Positions 10,330-19,702 of a stretch of DNA of 64,000 bases are shown piece after piece. Both the position numbers and the translations under genes were made by a program. Within the stretch, counting starts at the first letter, position 1. Each line of letters begins with the position of its first letter. This DNA is from a virus. Lineage: Duplodnaviria; Caudoviricetes. The stretch spans positions 113,648-177,647 of IMG/VR virus record IMGVR_UViG_3300011008_000034. One strand, written 5' to 3'. The notes beneath the pieces are model-generated. The model did not search any database. It worked only from the letters and a program-made list of their open reading frames with translations, and was not told the origin of the DNA.

Positions 10330-13300
10330 TTAGTTTTTAAATTTTCCTAATTCACTTGTTATTAATCCTTTTGCAGCTGCTCTTTCATATGATAAAAATT
10401 GACTAAAACTTACATCAAATTTATTTGCATCATAATATTTACTGCATACGTCATATAATCCACTTTTAGTTTTATACAATTTTGTAATTAACCTTACATC
10501 TACATTATCATTTTCAAATCCGGAAATAAATTTACTAATTAATTTCCGAGCTTCAGGCGTATACAAATATGTTAAACGATATGTTTCAAAATCTCTATAT
10601 CCACAATCGTTAATACAATAATCAGTCCTAGTATTAAAGAAACGTTTATTCAATAAAGCCATTTTTGTTTCTAATAAATTGAATTTTATTGCTTCATAAT
10701 AGCTTTTTAATTCTGTTTTTGAAAAATACGATTTTTTCTTAATGAATGTACCATTAGCGCTTGTATAATGATCAAGCATATGTCTATTAAATTCCGAATA
10801 AATATTATTGAAAATAACATCAAATTTCACCGATAATTCAACAATTTTTTTTCTTAATTCTTCAATTCCTGTTTCTGTTTTTCTTAATTCATTGAATATA
10901 TTATTTGATAATTCTTCATCAACTATATAAACCATAACACTAGACAACATTTTCATAAATGCCTTTTTCGGATTACTTATTTTTTGATGAGTAAAATAAT
11001 CACTAATATCGCAAGCCAATAATGTTTCTTTATCAGCTACAATCCCATCAGTCTTTGTAACTTTAATTATAGCATGACTATTGTATATATCCTTATAGAA
11101 CATCTTTAATTGTTTATCGGTATATCTTGTAGTAAAAATATTTTCAACATAATCATATCTGCATAATTTTGAAATATTCTCAACTTTTTTCATAATCTCA
11201 TCTGTATTAAACGTTGATTTTAAATTAATGCATGTATATCCCTTTACAAATTTATTATAATTCATTTGAGGAATACCAAATTCCTTACTATCAATGTAAT
11301 AAAGATTAAATAAATTTAAATATTGATAAATCATCATATATTGATATCCCAATTTTTCTTGACAACCAAATATAATTTCATTTACTGTATCAATCAAATT
11401 TGCATTTATGACAAAATATCCATTTCGGACAATATTTTGATAATTACTATGGAAATTCAAAAATATTGTAATGGCTAATACGCGAATTGCTTGAGCACAA
11501 TATTCAAATACATTTTTATTTTTCCGATTTTTTTCCTCAAATTTTTCTACCAATTTATATAGAGATAAAATATAATTATCAACTTCTTTATTTCTAAGAC
11601 CATAATAGAAAATCTTATCGCATTTATCATTACGAAAAGCTTTATTAAAGAATGCAACACATTTTGATTCAGAAATTCCACGTTCGTTAAACGTCTCAAA
11701 AACATTTCCTACGGTTTTATTTTCGCCCTTTATTCTAAGTGGATCACTAGAAAAATTGTGTCTACCATTAGGAAATTTTTTCTCCGTTTCACTCACTTTT
11801 TCAAATGGAATAAATCCTTTAAAATGAGCTAGATTAATACATTTTCCTTTTAATGGATTATCTCCATGACGTTCATAATCTGATAATTCGGCTAATTCAT
11901 TTAATGATTTTTTTAAAGAAAATCCACGATCTTTAGCATAAAACAATTTTAAGATATAATCCTTCCCACCTTCATAATCATTTTTTACAATATAATCACA
12001 TAACTTATTTTGTGATTCAACGTAAGGAGCATTTTTATGATGATGGAATTCTTTTCTAAATGACTTAAATGCTTGATAATCTTCAGGTTTATCAGAATAG
12101 AAACACCATGAATTTTTTAAAGAATACGTATCTTCATGTTTTGTCAAAATGGTCTGAAGTTTCTCCATAAGTTCTCCAGGAGAATGAAGACATGCTAAAT
12201 TTTTAGGATCTTTTAAATCCTTTATATATCTCAAAACAGATACAGGAAAATCTTTATTGTCATGTTTCATATGAACGCTATACGGAAATCTAAAAATACG
12301 CACAGGTGTAAAAGTGGCATTCATATCTATAGGAATTTCATATCCCAATGCAATGCCTAAAAAGTAAAATAACTCTTCTAAATGTTCATAAGACAAATAA
12401 CCACAATCTTCTTTTAAAATATTATGATGATATTCATAATCTGCTTTGTTTAAATAATACGTTTTATCCAATGACAAAACAATCTGAAAACCATTACATG
12501 ATTCAATCTTAGCTGTTAAATTCAAACCATATTTCATCATAACATGTTCAATTTCAAGATTCATCTGTTTTTTCAATTCATCTTTCTTTTCTTTGGAGGA
12601 AAAGTGAATCTTTTGTTCTACATTCTCAAATAAATCAATATCGAACATCAATGTACGAATAAATTTCATTGAATTCTTATCACGATAAATTTTTAAATCT
12701 GTTAAAATAAATTTTGAAAAATCTTCACTCTTATGTTTTTTTCTTAACTGATGAAAATACTTCTTTTTCTCATCATCAGTCATTGTGTTTATATGATTAA
12801 TTAAATCAAGTTTCGCGTTAGTGTCATTAACATAAAATTTATATGTATTATTTTTATGAACATCGTGAACTGCTTGAGCTGTATAAATATTACAAATCTG
12901 AAAAGCTCCCTCAATATCGCCATTTTGCATTCTTTCATAAGATTGTTTTGCCTTGTCAAGATATTGGTCTATATTATAATAGTACACATCTTTAAAAGAC
13001 TGATATGCAAGAACATATTTTTCACCCTTGAATTTACGATATTCTTTCATCGAAACTTTTTTCTTTTCATGATCGTTTATTTTAATATAGAATTCAGCAT
13101 TAATAATCCCTTGAGAAAGACAAAGACCATTTTTGAATGTATCTCCATATACAGCATATGCATAATCCTCTAATTGCTTTTTAACTTTCCCGTTTTCAAT
13201 ATCATCAAGAGAATTCTGAATACTTTTTTGCGAATTTCTAAGACCATTATCACAAAATTCAATAAAACTATCTCCCTTGAAAAGTGTTTTCCGCTCTTTA

Positions 13301-14055
13301 TTTACTAACTCTTCATTAGGATAAAAATCACCATTAAACGATTCAATGATTACAGAATTATTTTTTTTGTGTTTCGCACGTGGCTCATCTTTAGCAGTAA
13401 GAATATAATGTTCCTCAGTAAATGACTTGTTATTACGTTCATTAGTATAATATACTTCATTACAATATTGACGAATAGATGGTATTTTTTCAACAACTTT
13501 TTTAAATTCTTTCTGAAATTTTTGCGTAGCTTCAATTTTATTACATTGACTTAATTTAATTTTTTCTCGAGACACATCTTTTGAATTATCTTGATTTTCT
13601 TTAACATCTTGTAATGAAATGTTATTTGATTGAATAACTTCAGGTTGAACAACTTCTACTTCTACTTGTTTAGGTTGAATATTCTGAATATTCTTCTTTT
13701 TATTTAACTGAGGATTTAATTCTTCGTGAACAAATACCAATTTATATTTAGAATCAAAATATTCCGTGCTTTTCATATTATTGTATGTTTCAATAACACC
13801 TTGTTCTTCTTCAGGTTTTACGAACCATTTCTCTCTTGTATCTAAAGATTTTCCTTGATGTGATTTATAAATTGCATCGAAATCTTCATTAATATCTTGA
13901 CATAATATCTTTGCGGCCTTATCATCTAACTCAAGACCATATTGATTATCTGGATTAATGTATATATCATAAATCATTTCACCAGTATAATGATTTTTCA
14001 ACTTATATTTTGTCTGCTGAATCTGAGCATAGGTTTTATCAATTCTATTATACAT
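10330..14055 (-). CDS. Large protein with a central AEP (primase-polymerase/RepB'-like) domain; candidate replication initiator
   Basis: LMFDID (motif I), ESCNGFQIV (motif II, Q for H) and IDMNATFTPVRIFRFPYSVH (motif III plus RxxRxP), in the expected order. Confidence 0.6.
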   Translation of the reverse strand: MYNRIDKTYAQIQQTKYKLKNHYTGEMIYDIYINPDNQYGLELDDKAAKILCQDINEDFDAIYKSHQGKSLDTREKWFVKPEEEQGVIETYNNMKSTEYFDSKYKLVFVHEELNPQLNKKKNIQNIQPKQVEVEVVQPEVIQSNNISLQDVKENQDNSKDVSREKIKLSQCNKIEATQKFQKEFKKVVEKIPSIRQYCNEVYYTNERNNKSFTEEHYILTAKDEPRAKHKKNNSVIIESFNGDFYPNEELVNKERKTLFKGDSFIEFCDNGLRNSQKSIQNSLDDIENGKVKKQLEDYAYAVYGDTFKNGLCLSQGIINAEFYIKINDHEKKKVSMKEYRKFKGEKYVLAYQSFKDVYYYNIDQYLDKAKQSYERMQNGDIEGAFQICNIYTAQAVHDVHKNNTYKFYVNDTNAKLDLINHINTMTDDEKKKYFHQLRKKHKSEDFSKFILTDLKIYRDKNSMKFIRTLMFDIDLFENVEQKIHFSSKEKKDELKKQMNLEIEHVMMKYGLNLTAKIESCNGFQIVLSLDKTYYLNKADYEYHHNILKEDCGYLSYEHLEELFYFLGIALGYEIPIDMNATFTPVRIFRFPYSVHMKHDNKDFPVSVLRYIKDLKDPKNLACLHSPGELMEKLQTILTKHEDTYSLKNSWCFYSDKPEDYQAFKSFRKEFHHHKNAPYVESQNKLCDYIVKNDYEGGKDYILKLFYAKDRGFSLKKSLNELAELSDYERHGDNPLKGKCINLAHFKGFIPFEKVSETEKKFPNGRHNFSSDPLRIKGENKTVGNVFETFNERGISESKCVAFFNKAFRNDKCDKIFYYGLRNKEVDNYILSLYKLVEKFEEKNRKNKNVFEYCAQAIRVLAITIFLNFHSNYQNIVRNGYFVINANLIDTVNEIIFGCQEKLGYQYMMIYQYLNLFNLYYIDSKEFGIPQMNYNKFVKGYTCINLKSTFNTDEIMKKVENISKLCRYDYVENIFTTRYTDKQLKMFYKDIYNSHAIIKVTKTDGIVADKETLLACDISDYFTHQKISNPKKAFMKMLSSVMVYIVDEELSNNIFNELRKTETGIEELRKKIVELSVKFDVIFNNIYSEFNRHMLDHYTSANGTFIKKKSYFSKTELKSYYEAIKFNLLETKMALLNKRFFNTRTDYCINDCGYRDFETYRLTYLYTPEARKLISKFISGFENDNVDVRLITKLYKTKSGLYDVCSKYYDANKFDVSFSQFLSYERAAAKGLITSELGKFKN

Positions 14056-14216
14056 AAAATCGACCTTCCTTTCTTATTTAATTTTAAAAAAATTACGAAC
14101 TAGCACAACTTTAATTTATTATAAAAATCAACGCTAAAAATTTTTTTCATAAAATAAAGTTTTTTCTCTATAAAAAAATAATATGCTATGAATAAAAAAT
14201 AACAAAAGTGACTGTT

Positions 14217-14816
14217 TTATTCACAGTCACTAAATAAAGGAACTAACATTTTTTCAATCATCTTAACACTTTTTTTCATCATTGAATCAGTTATAGGATT
14301 ATATAAAATAATTTGACTTTGGGTCTTAAATTTCCCTTCACGTTTACATTTATAAAAATCCAAAGCAAATTGTGCAAACGAATCTTTATCAATTTTTTGT
14401 CTTGAACATTTTACTAAAATAACATATTTATGTGAAAAATATGTAAAATAATCTTCTTGTGTACATTTTATTTCAAATACTGGATTCAACAAATCAATAT
14501 ACAATAAAAATTTCATTAAACTAAGATATGGGAATGTAGCAACTAAATTATATTCACAATCTAATTCTGAATCTGACAAAAATTGCCTGTACTCTTGTTC
14601 AAATTTATCTTTATCTTCTTGTTTATCCCAATTTTCTTTTTGATGATTCAAAAAAAAGTCAATTAATTGCAATGCCAAATCATAATGTTCGTTAGATAAA
14701 TTTAATTTTCCTCCAAATGATTTCATTTTTACATCAAATAAATTTTCATACATAGGATTCGTTAAGACTTCATTAAGTACATCTTTCATAATATGAACTC
14801 CTTCTTTATTAGACAT
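14217..14816 (-). CDS. Hypothetical protein
   Basis: 199-aa ORF with AGGTG SD; first gene left of the repeat region. Confidence 0.7.
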   Translation of the reverse strand: MSNKEGVHIMKDVLNEVLTNPMYENLFDVKMKSFGGKLNLSNEHYDLALQLIDFFLNHQKENWDKQEDKDKFEQEYRQFLSDSELDCEYNLVATFPYLSLMKFLLYIDLLNPVFEIKCTQEDYFTYFSHKYVILVKCSRQKIDKDSFAQFALDFYKCKREGKFKTQSQIILYNPITDSMMKKSVKMIEKMLVPLFSDCE

Positions 14817-15116
14817 TTATTATCACCTAAATTAATTTTAGATAAAAAGGCTTTTCTATTTATCTTTTGTTTCTATAGTTTTCCTTATATTTTTCATATG
14901 CAAAAAAGCGTGCAAAATCAATGGTTATCCGGATAAGGTCTCATGATTGTTTCTTAATTTAAAATAATTTCACTACTACTAGCATATGTATGATATGTTT
15001 AGGCATTTTCGCCTCGGTGTCGGAAGTGAATACAGTGAACTTATTTCTCTAAAGTACTTTAAATACTTTTCTTTAGTAAATTAAATTAGTTAATTAATTT
15101 AGTAAAAAATATTTAC

Positions 15117-15860
15117 TCATAACAGCATGCTTTAGCATGCATGAAATTATTAGAAACTAAAGAGAAAGTAAATTAACTTTAGTATATTAATTTTATCTTA
15201 GATTAGTAAAGAAAACTAGAATCTAATCTCATAAGCATGCTTTAGCATGCATGATAAAAGATAGTAAAACTATTAAAAAAAAAAAGTTTAGTACCAGGTA
15301 CTAATTTTTTTTAAAGAATTAATTTCTTATAAAGTAAATTTAGTAGAGAGTATTTATTCATAGTAGCATGCTGAAAGCATGCATGAATTTACTAGAAACT
15401 AAAAAAAATATAATTAATTTAAGTACTTATCTTAAAATTATTTTTTAGTAAAGAAAGTTAAAGTCTAGTTTCATAGACATGCTTCAGCATGTATGATAAA
15501 AGACAGTAAAAATAACTAAAATAAATTTTAGTATTAAATTCTTTTTTAAGAAAATTAATTTTTAGTACCTAGTACTAATAAAGTAAATTTCATAAGCATG
15601 CTTCAGCATGCATGATAAAGACTAATTTTAGTTTACTTAATAAAAATAAGTTAATAGAGCGCTCCAGAGAGCGCATAAAAGAAAATAAAAAATAAATTAA
15701 GACTAAAAGTTATTTTTAATAAGTTAATCTATTTCATGAAGGCTTTCAACCTTCTATTATGAAATTTATTTTCTATTAGATAAAATTTTAACTACAGTTA
15801 GTTTTTTAGTATTTCATTTAATTTCTAGTAATTTCATGCATGCTAAGCATGCAGTTATGA
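15117..15860. repeat. Periodic array of palindromic units TCATA-n-GCATGCT-nn-AGCATGCATGA
   Basis: Direct copies start at 15117, 15229, 15358, 15471 and 15590; inverted copy at 15834-15860; degenerate hairpins near 15659-15674 and 15731-15765. Confidence 0.9.
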
Positions 15861-15890
15861 ATAGATACTTTCTATTAGATTTACTTTAGT

Positions 15891-15975
15891 AAAATTAATC
15901 TACTTAAAGAAAGTTAATTTACTTAAAGAAAGTTAGTCTACTTTAAGAAAGTTAATCTATTTTTAGAAAGTTAGT
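15891..15975 (+). repeat. 19-bp tandem repeat (about 4.5 copies), iteron-like
   Basis: AAAATTAATCTACTTAAAG / AAAGTTAATTTACTTAAAG / AAAGTTAGTCTACTTTAAG / AAAGTTAATCTATTTTTAG. Confidence 0.85.
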
Positions 15976-16422
15976 ACTAAAAGTACTTCTAAAGGAATTA
16001 AGTAAAGTAAGTACTCTTAGTACAGTGAGGCACCAATATGCGTGTACTACTAATCATACATGCTAGTAGTAGTAAATTATGTTAAATTAGGAAACGGCTG
16101 TCAAGCCTTATCCAGATAACTAGAATTTTGCACGCTTTTTTGCATTCATACTTAAGACTCTTAGTTCACTGTAGAGACATTTTTCTGAAATGCGTTATAA
16201 CTTCTATTCTTTAGAGACTTTTATTCATTAGATCGCCTCTCATGAGGCGACTTAAAGAGAAATAAAAGGAAATTTATTTTAGTAAAAGAACTAAGATAAA
16301 TAAGGACTAAGTTCATATGTTTGCACTATTAAAAAAAAGACTAAATAGTCAAAAAGTCAAACTTATAAAAAAACTATGTACATCTTTGTATTTTTATGGT
16401 AAAATAATCTAAGTAAAGGAGT

Positions 16423-18318
16423 GTGATTGACATGATTAGAGAAGCACATTTGCAGTTAATTAAACAATATGATCACGAATATTATGATTTAGATAATCCA
16501 AGTATTAGTGATTTAGAATATGATAAACTAAGAAAAGATTACATTAATTTATATGGAAGCAAAGATTTAAATTACACTCCAGGAAATGTTAAAGCAGATT
16601 TTGAGAAATTCAAACATCCTACACCTGTAGTTAGCTTAGATAAATGGACTAAAGATGTAGATGATAAAAAAGTTTTTATTAAGAAATGCAATGAATTTTG
16701 GCCTGTAGAAATACAGCCAAAGTATGACGGGCTTACGGTCGTGGTTTATCCGAATTCTGATGGCACTGGTAAGTTTGTTACTCGTGGTGGAGGAGATGTA
16801 GGAGAATTACTTCCTAATTTTATTCCTCAGTATGAGGGCAAGGTTTATTTAGGAGAAAAGTTTCCTATTCGTGGTGAAGTTTTTATTTCACCTGAGAACT
16901 TTATTACTTTAAATAAAAGATTAGAAGCTGCTGGGGAGAAATTGATGAAAAATCCTCGTAATGCAGCTGCAGGATTATTGCGGAGAAAAGAACGCAGTAC
17001 TAATCTTGATTTGTTAAGCTTTATTACATATGATATTCCAGGCAGTGAAATGACTCCGGAAGAAATGAGACAGTATATTAAAGAAAATACTGTTTTTCAT
17101 TTTACTAAAGGCTATACTTTTGATAAAGATACCATTTATGATGATATCTGGGGATTATATGACAAGATTAAAAATGAATATCCTATTGATGGATTGGTTA
17201 TGAAATCTTGTCAGGAAAATAGTTTGACTAAATTTGGTAGTACACAACATCATCCAAATAATGCTCTAGCCATTAAACCAAGTAAAGTTACTTATCGTAC
17301 TGTGATTAAAGATGTTATTTGGACTAATGGCAGAAAAAAGGTTACTCCTGTAGCTATTGTAGAACCAGTAGAAATTGATGGAACGACAGTATGTAAAGCT
17401 TCTTTGCATAATATGGATATGATTAAAAAATTAGGGATTAAAATTGGAGCAGAAGTAGAGATTTATAAGGCTAATGAAATTATTCCTCAGATTGACAGAG
17501 TAATTAAGAATGGATATAAAGAAATTGAGATTCCATTATGTCCTTCCTGTGGTCATGTATTAGAAAATATTAATGGTCAACAGTTTTGTACAAATCCTAA
17601 ATGTAAAGAGAAGATTTGTCAAAATATGGCATTCTTAGGACAGAAAAATGTTTTGAATATTGAAGGATTGAGTAACGAAACTGCTCGGAAAATCGTGGAA
17701 AAATTTGGATGTAAAAACCAAAATGATATCTTCGATTTAGATGAAGATGATTTAATGACACTTCCAGGATTTGCTGAAAAATCTGCTAAAAAGTTATTTA
17801 ATAATATTCAAAACAGCAGGCAGACTACGTTTATCAAATTTATCAAAGCTTGTTGCTGTGATGGAATTGGAGAAAATGTAGGAAAGATTTTATATGAGCG
17901 CTATAATGGGTTAGATAATTTTAGAAATGCAATATTTAAACAAAGTAAAATCAAAGTCGAAACTGAATTATCTGAACTAAAAGGATTAGGACAAGTAGCG
18001 ATTAAAAAACTGATGTCCAATGAATTCTGGGACGCGGTTGACCATTTAGCACATTATATTGAGATTATTGAAGAAAAGAAAAATGAAGGAAAATTTGCTG
18101 GTCAGGTATTTGTATTAACTGGAAAAATGGAACATCCTAGAAGTTATTACATTGATTTAATAGAACGTAATGGAGCTAAAGAAGGAAAATCCGTTTCTAA
18201 TAGTACTAATTATTTGGTTATTGCAGATATTAATAGTACAAGCAGTAAAGCTAAAAAAGCTAGAGAATTAGGAACGGTTTTGATTTCTCCAGAACAATTG
18301 GAAGAAATGATGAGGTGA
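16423..18318 (+). CDS. ligA: NAD-dependent DNA ligase
   Basis: YY..DNPSISDLEYD, KYDG adenylation motif, TRG, RGEV, NPRNAAAG, C4 Zn finger, HhH repeats, C-terminal BRCT (FVLTG...SSSKAKKA). Confidence 0.97.
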   Translation: MIDMIREAHLQLIKQYDHEYYDLDNPSISDLEYDKLRKDYINLYGSKDLNYTPGNVKADFEKFKHPTPVVSLDKWTKDVDDKKVFIKKCNEFWPVEIQPKYDGLTVVVYPNSDGTGKFVTRGGGDVGELLPNFIPQYEGKVYLGEKFPIRGEVFISPENFITLNKRLEAAGEKLMKNPRNAAAGLLRRKERSTNLDLLSFITYDIPGSEMTPEEMRQYIKENTVFHFTKGYTFDKDTIYDDIWGLYDKIKNEYPIDGLVMKSCQENSLTKFGSTQHHPNNALAIKPSKVTYRTVIKDVIWTNGRKKVTPVAIVEPVEIDGTTVCKASLHNMDMIKKLGIKIGAEVEIYKANEIIPQIDRVIKNGYKEIEIPLCPSCGHVLENINGQQFCTNPKCKEKICQNMAFLGQKNVLNIEGLSNETARKIVEKFGCKNQNDIFDLDEDDLMTLPGFAEKSAKKLFNNIQNSRQTTFIKFIKACCCDGIGENVGKILYERYNGLDNFRNAIFKQSKIKVETELSELKGLGQVAIKKLMSNEFWDAVDHLAHYIEIIEEKKNEGKFAGQVFVLTGKMEHPRSYYIDLIERNGAKEGKSVSNSTNYLVIADINSTSSKAKKARELGTVLISPEQLEEMMR

Positions 18319-18325
18319 TTGAATT

Positions 18326-18550
18326 TTGATAATGGTTGCTAAAAATGATAAAGATGATAATTATATAGTTAATTGGTTGAATAGATTGGAAAATATTTCT
18401 AATACAATTTTAGTATTTGATGGAAATACGTGTGAAAGAGCGTTTTTATATTCTTACGATAAGAATACTGACAGATTTTTACAATTGCATCATCAAAAGG
18501 ATTTATGGGTTCTTTTGGATGATGATTATGTTAAGGAAGTTAAAAAGTGA
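18326..18550 (+). CDS. Hypothetical protein
   Basis: 74-aa ORF with GAGGTG SD at the end of ligA. Confidence 0.6.
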   Translation: MIMVAKNDKDDNYIVNWLNRLENISNTILVFDGNTCERAFLYSYDKNTDRFLQLHHQKDLWVLLDDDYVKEVKK

Positions 18551-18595
18551 TTTTATAGTTAAGTTGTGTTTTGATGTATTTACTGAGGGATTGAC

Positions 18596-18874
18596 GTGAA
18601 AGATTTAATAACGGATGAAGCCGCTTTAATGTTAAAAAATAATGATTTAAATGAAAAAGTAAAAAAGATTAAAGAAACATTTTCTCTTTATTTACCTGTA
18701 GAAAGTTATTTACTAGAAGTTATTTTTGACCCTGAAGATGGGAGCAAAGTATTTAACATAACTGCATTAACAAAAGTAGAATTGACAAGAGCATTGGATA
18801 TTTTGGAATGTTTTTGTCAAGATAATGAAATGGATTCTAATATCATTTTAGATGTATCAATTTTGGAGTGTTAG
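18596..18874 (+). CDS. Hypothetical protein
   Basis: 92-aa acidic ORF with GAGGG SD. Confidence 0.65.
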   Translation: MKDLITDEAALMLKNNDLNEKVKKIKETFSLYLPVESYLLEVIFDPEDGSKVFNITALTKVELTRALDILECFCQDNEMDSNIILDVSILEC

Positions 18875-18875
18875 G

Positions 18876-19577
18876 ATGAACGGGAGAAATTATCTAAGAA
18901 ATACAATATTGGCTTTGGAAAAGTTAAATAAACCATTTATTCTTCAAGGCCAATATTGTTCACATCTTAATTGTAACTACATTACTTATATTAAAATTCG
19001 TCCTTATATGTTCAATGGAGCTTCTACGAATAAAATTTGTGACCACTTAAATGTTCTATATCCTGATGTTAAAAAATACATAGAAGTAAATTACGATTAT
19101 AACGGAATAGATGTGTTTGTTTGTAGAGCTAGAACATATCAAGATAGTGAAGGCGTTTTACGTGGAGGAATTTATTTAACTGAGGAATTAGGAATTCCTC
19201 CGGTTATGGAACGAAAATTTGCTAAACGATATGTTAGAAGATTAGATAAGAGTGAATATGTTGATTTTTTAAAATTTGCAGAAGGTAGATATGCTTATTT
19301 TGGCGAAAATCTTTGGAAACATGGACATAAGAAAAGAGAAATTAAAGAAGTAAAAACACATAAAAAACATAATGTGGTAGATTTTTCTGTAGATGTATTT
19401 ATGGAAATGCATAAGGAGCAAAATCCATTATGGATTCCACCGCCAATTTCATTAAAGTATAAGAATGAACGTAAGTGGTTGTATATGGCAGTTCCACAAC
19501 GGTCTTTAAGAAAAATTTTAGACAAAAGTCCTTCATTAAGAAGGAAAGTTGTTGATGAATTGTCAAAAAAAATGTAA
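18876..19577 (+). CDS. Hypothetical protein (start probably MNGRNY at 18876)
   Basis: Long ORF in the plus-strand operon; GGAG upstream of the ATG at 18876. Confidence 0.65.
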   Translation: MNGRNYLRNTILALEKLNKPFILQGQYCSHLNCNYITYIKIRPYMFNGASTNKICDHLNVLYPDVKKYIEVNYDYNGIDVFVCRARTYQDSEGVLRGGIYLTEELGIPPVMERKFAKRYVRRLDKSEYVDFLKFAEGRYAYFGENLWKHGHKKREIKEVKTHKKHNVVDFSVDVFMEMHKEQNPLWIPPPISLKYKNERKWLYMAVPQRSLRKILDKSPSLRRKVVDELSKKM

Positions 19578-19588
19578 AGGAGAATGTA

Positions 19589-19702
19589 ATGAGTTCTGAC
19601 CAAATAATGCTATTAATGATTTTTATCCCATTGTTACTTTTGTTTTCTCTTGGAGTTTGGACATTGAATGAATTATGTAATTTTTTGGAGGGAAAATCAT
19701 GA
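19589..19702 (+). CDS. 37-aa single-pass membrane microprotein
   Basis: AAGGAG SD; MSSDQIMLLMIFIPLLLLFSLGVWTLNELCNFLEGKS; its stop overlaps the helicase start (ATGA); below the ORF-track cutoff. Confidence 0.65.
   Translation: MSSDQIMLLMIFIPLLLLFSLGVWTLNELCNFLEGKS

Larger units (their letters stand above)
14899..16144. repeat. Non-coding element bounded by ~95-bp imperfect inverted arms (14899-14994 and 16053-16144)
   Basis: Perfect outer 20 bp TGCAAAAAAGCGTGCAAAAT / ATTTTGCACGCTTTTTTGCA; further matches TTATCCGGATAAGG and ACTACTACTAGCAT; TTCATA direct repeat immediately outside both ends. Confidence 0.9.

Noticed and set aside
15117-15615. Palindromic repeats as a CRISPR array
   Set aside because: The spacers are about 85-105 bp, extremely AT-rich and similar to each other in an alternating pattern; one repeat copy is inverted; no cas genes are adjacent
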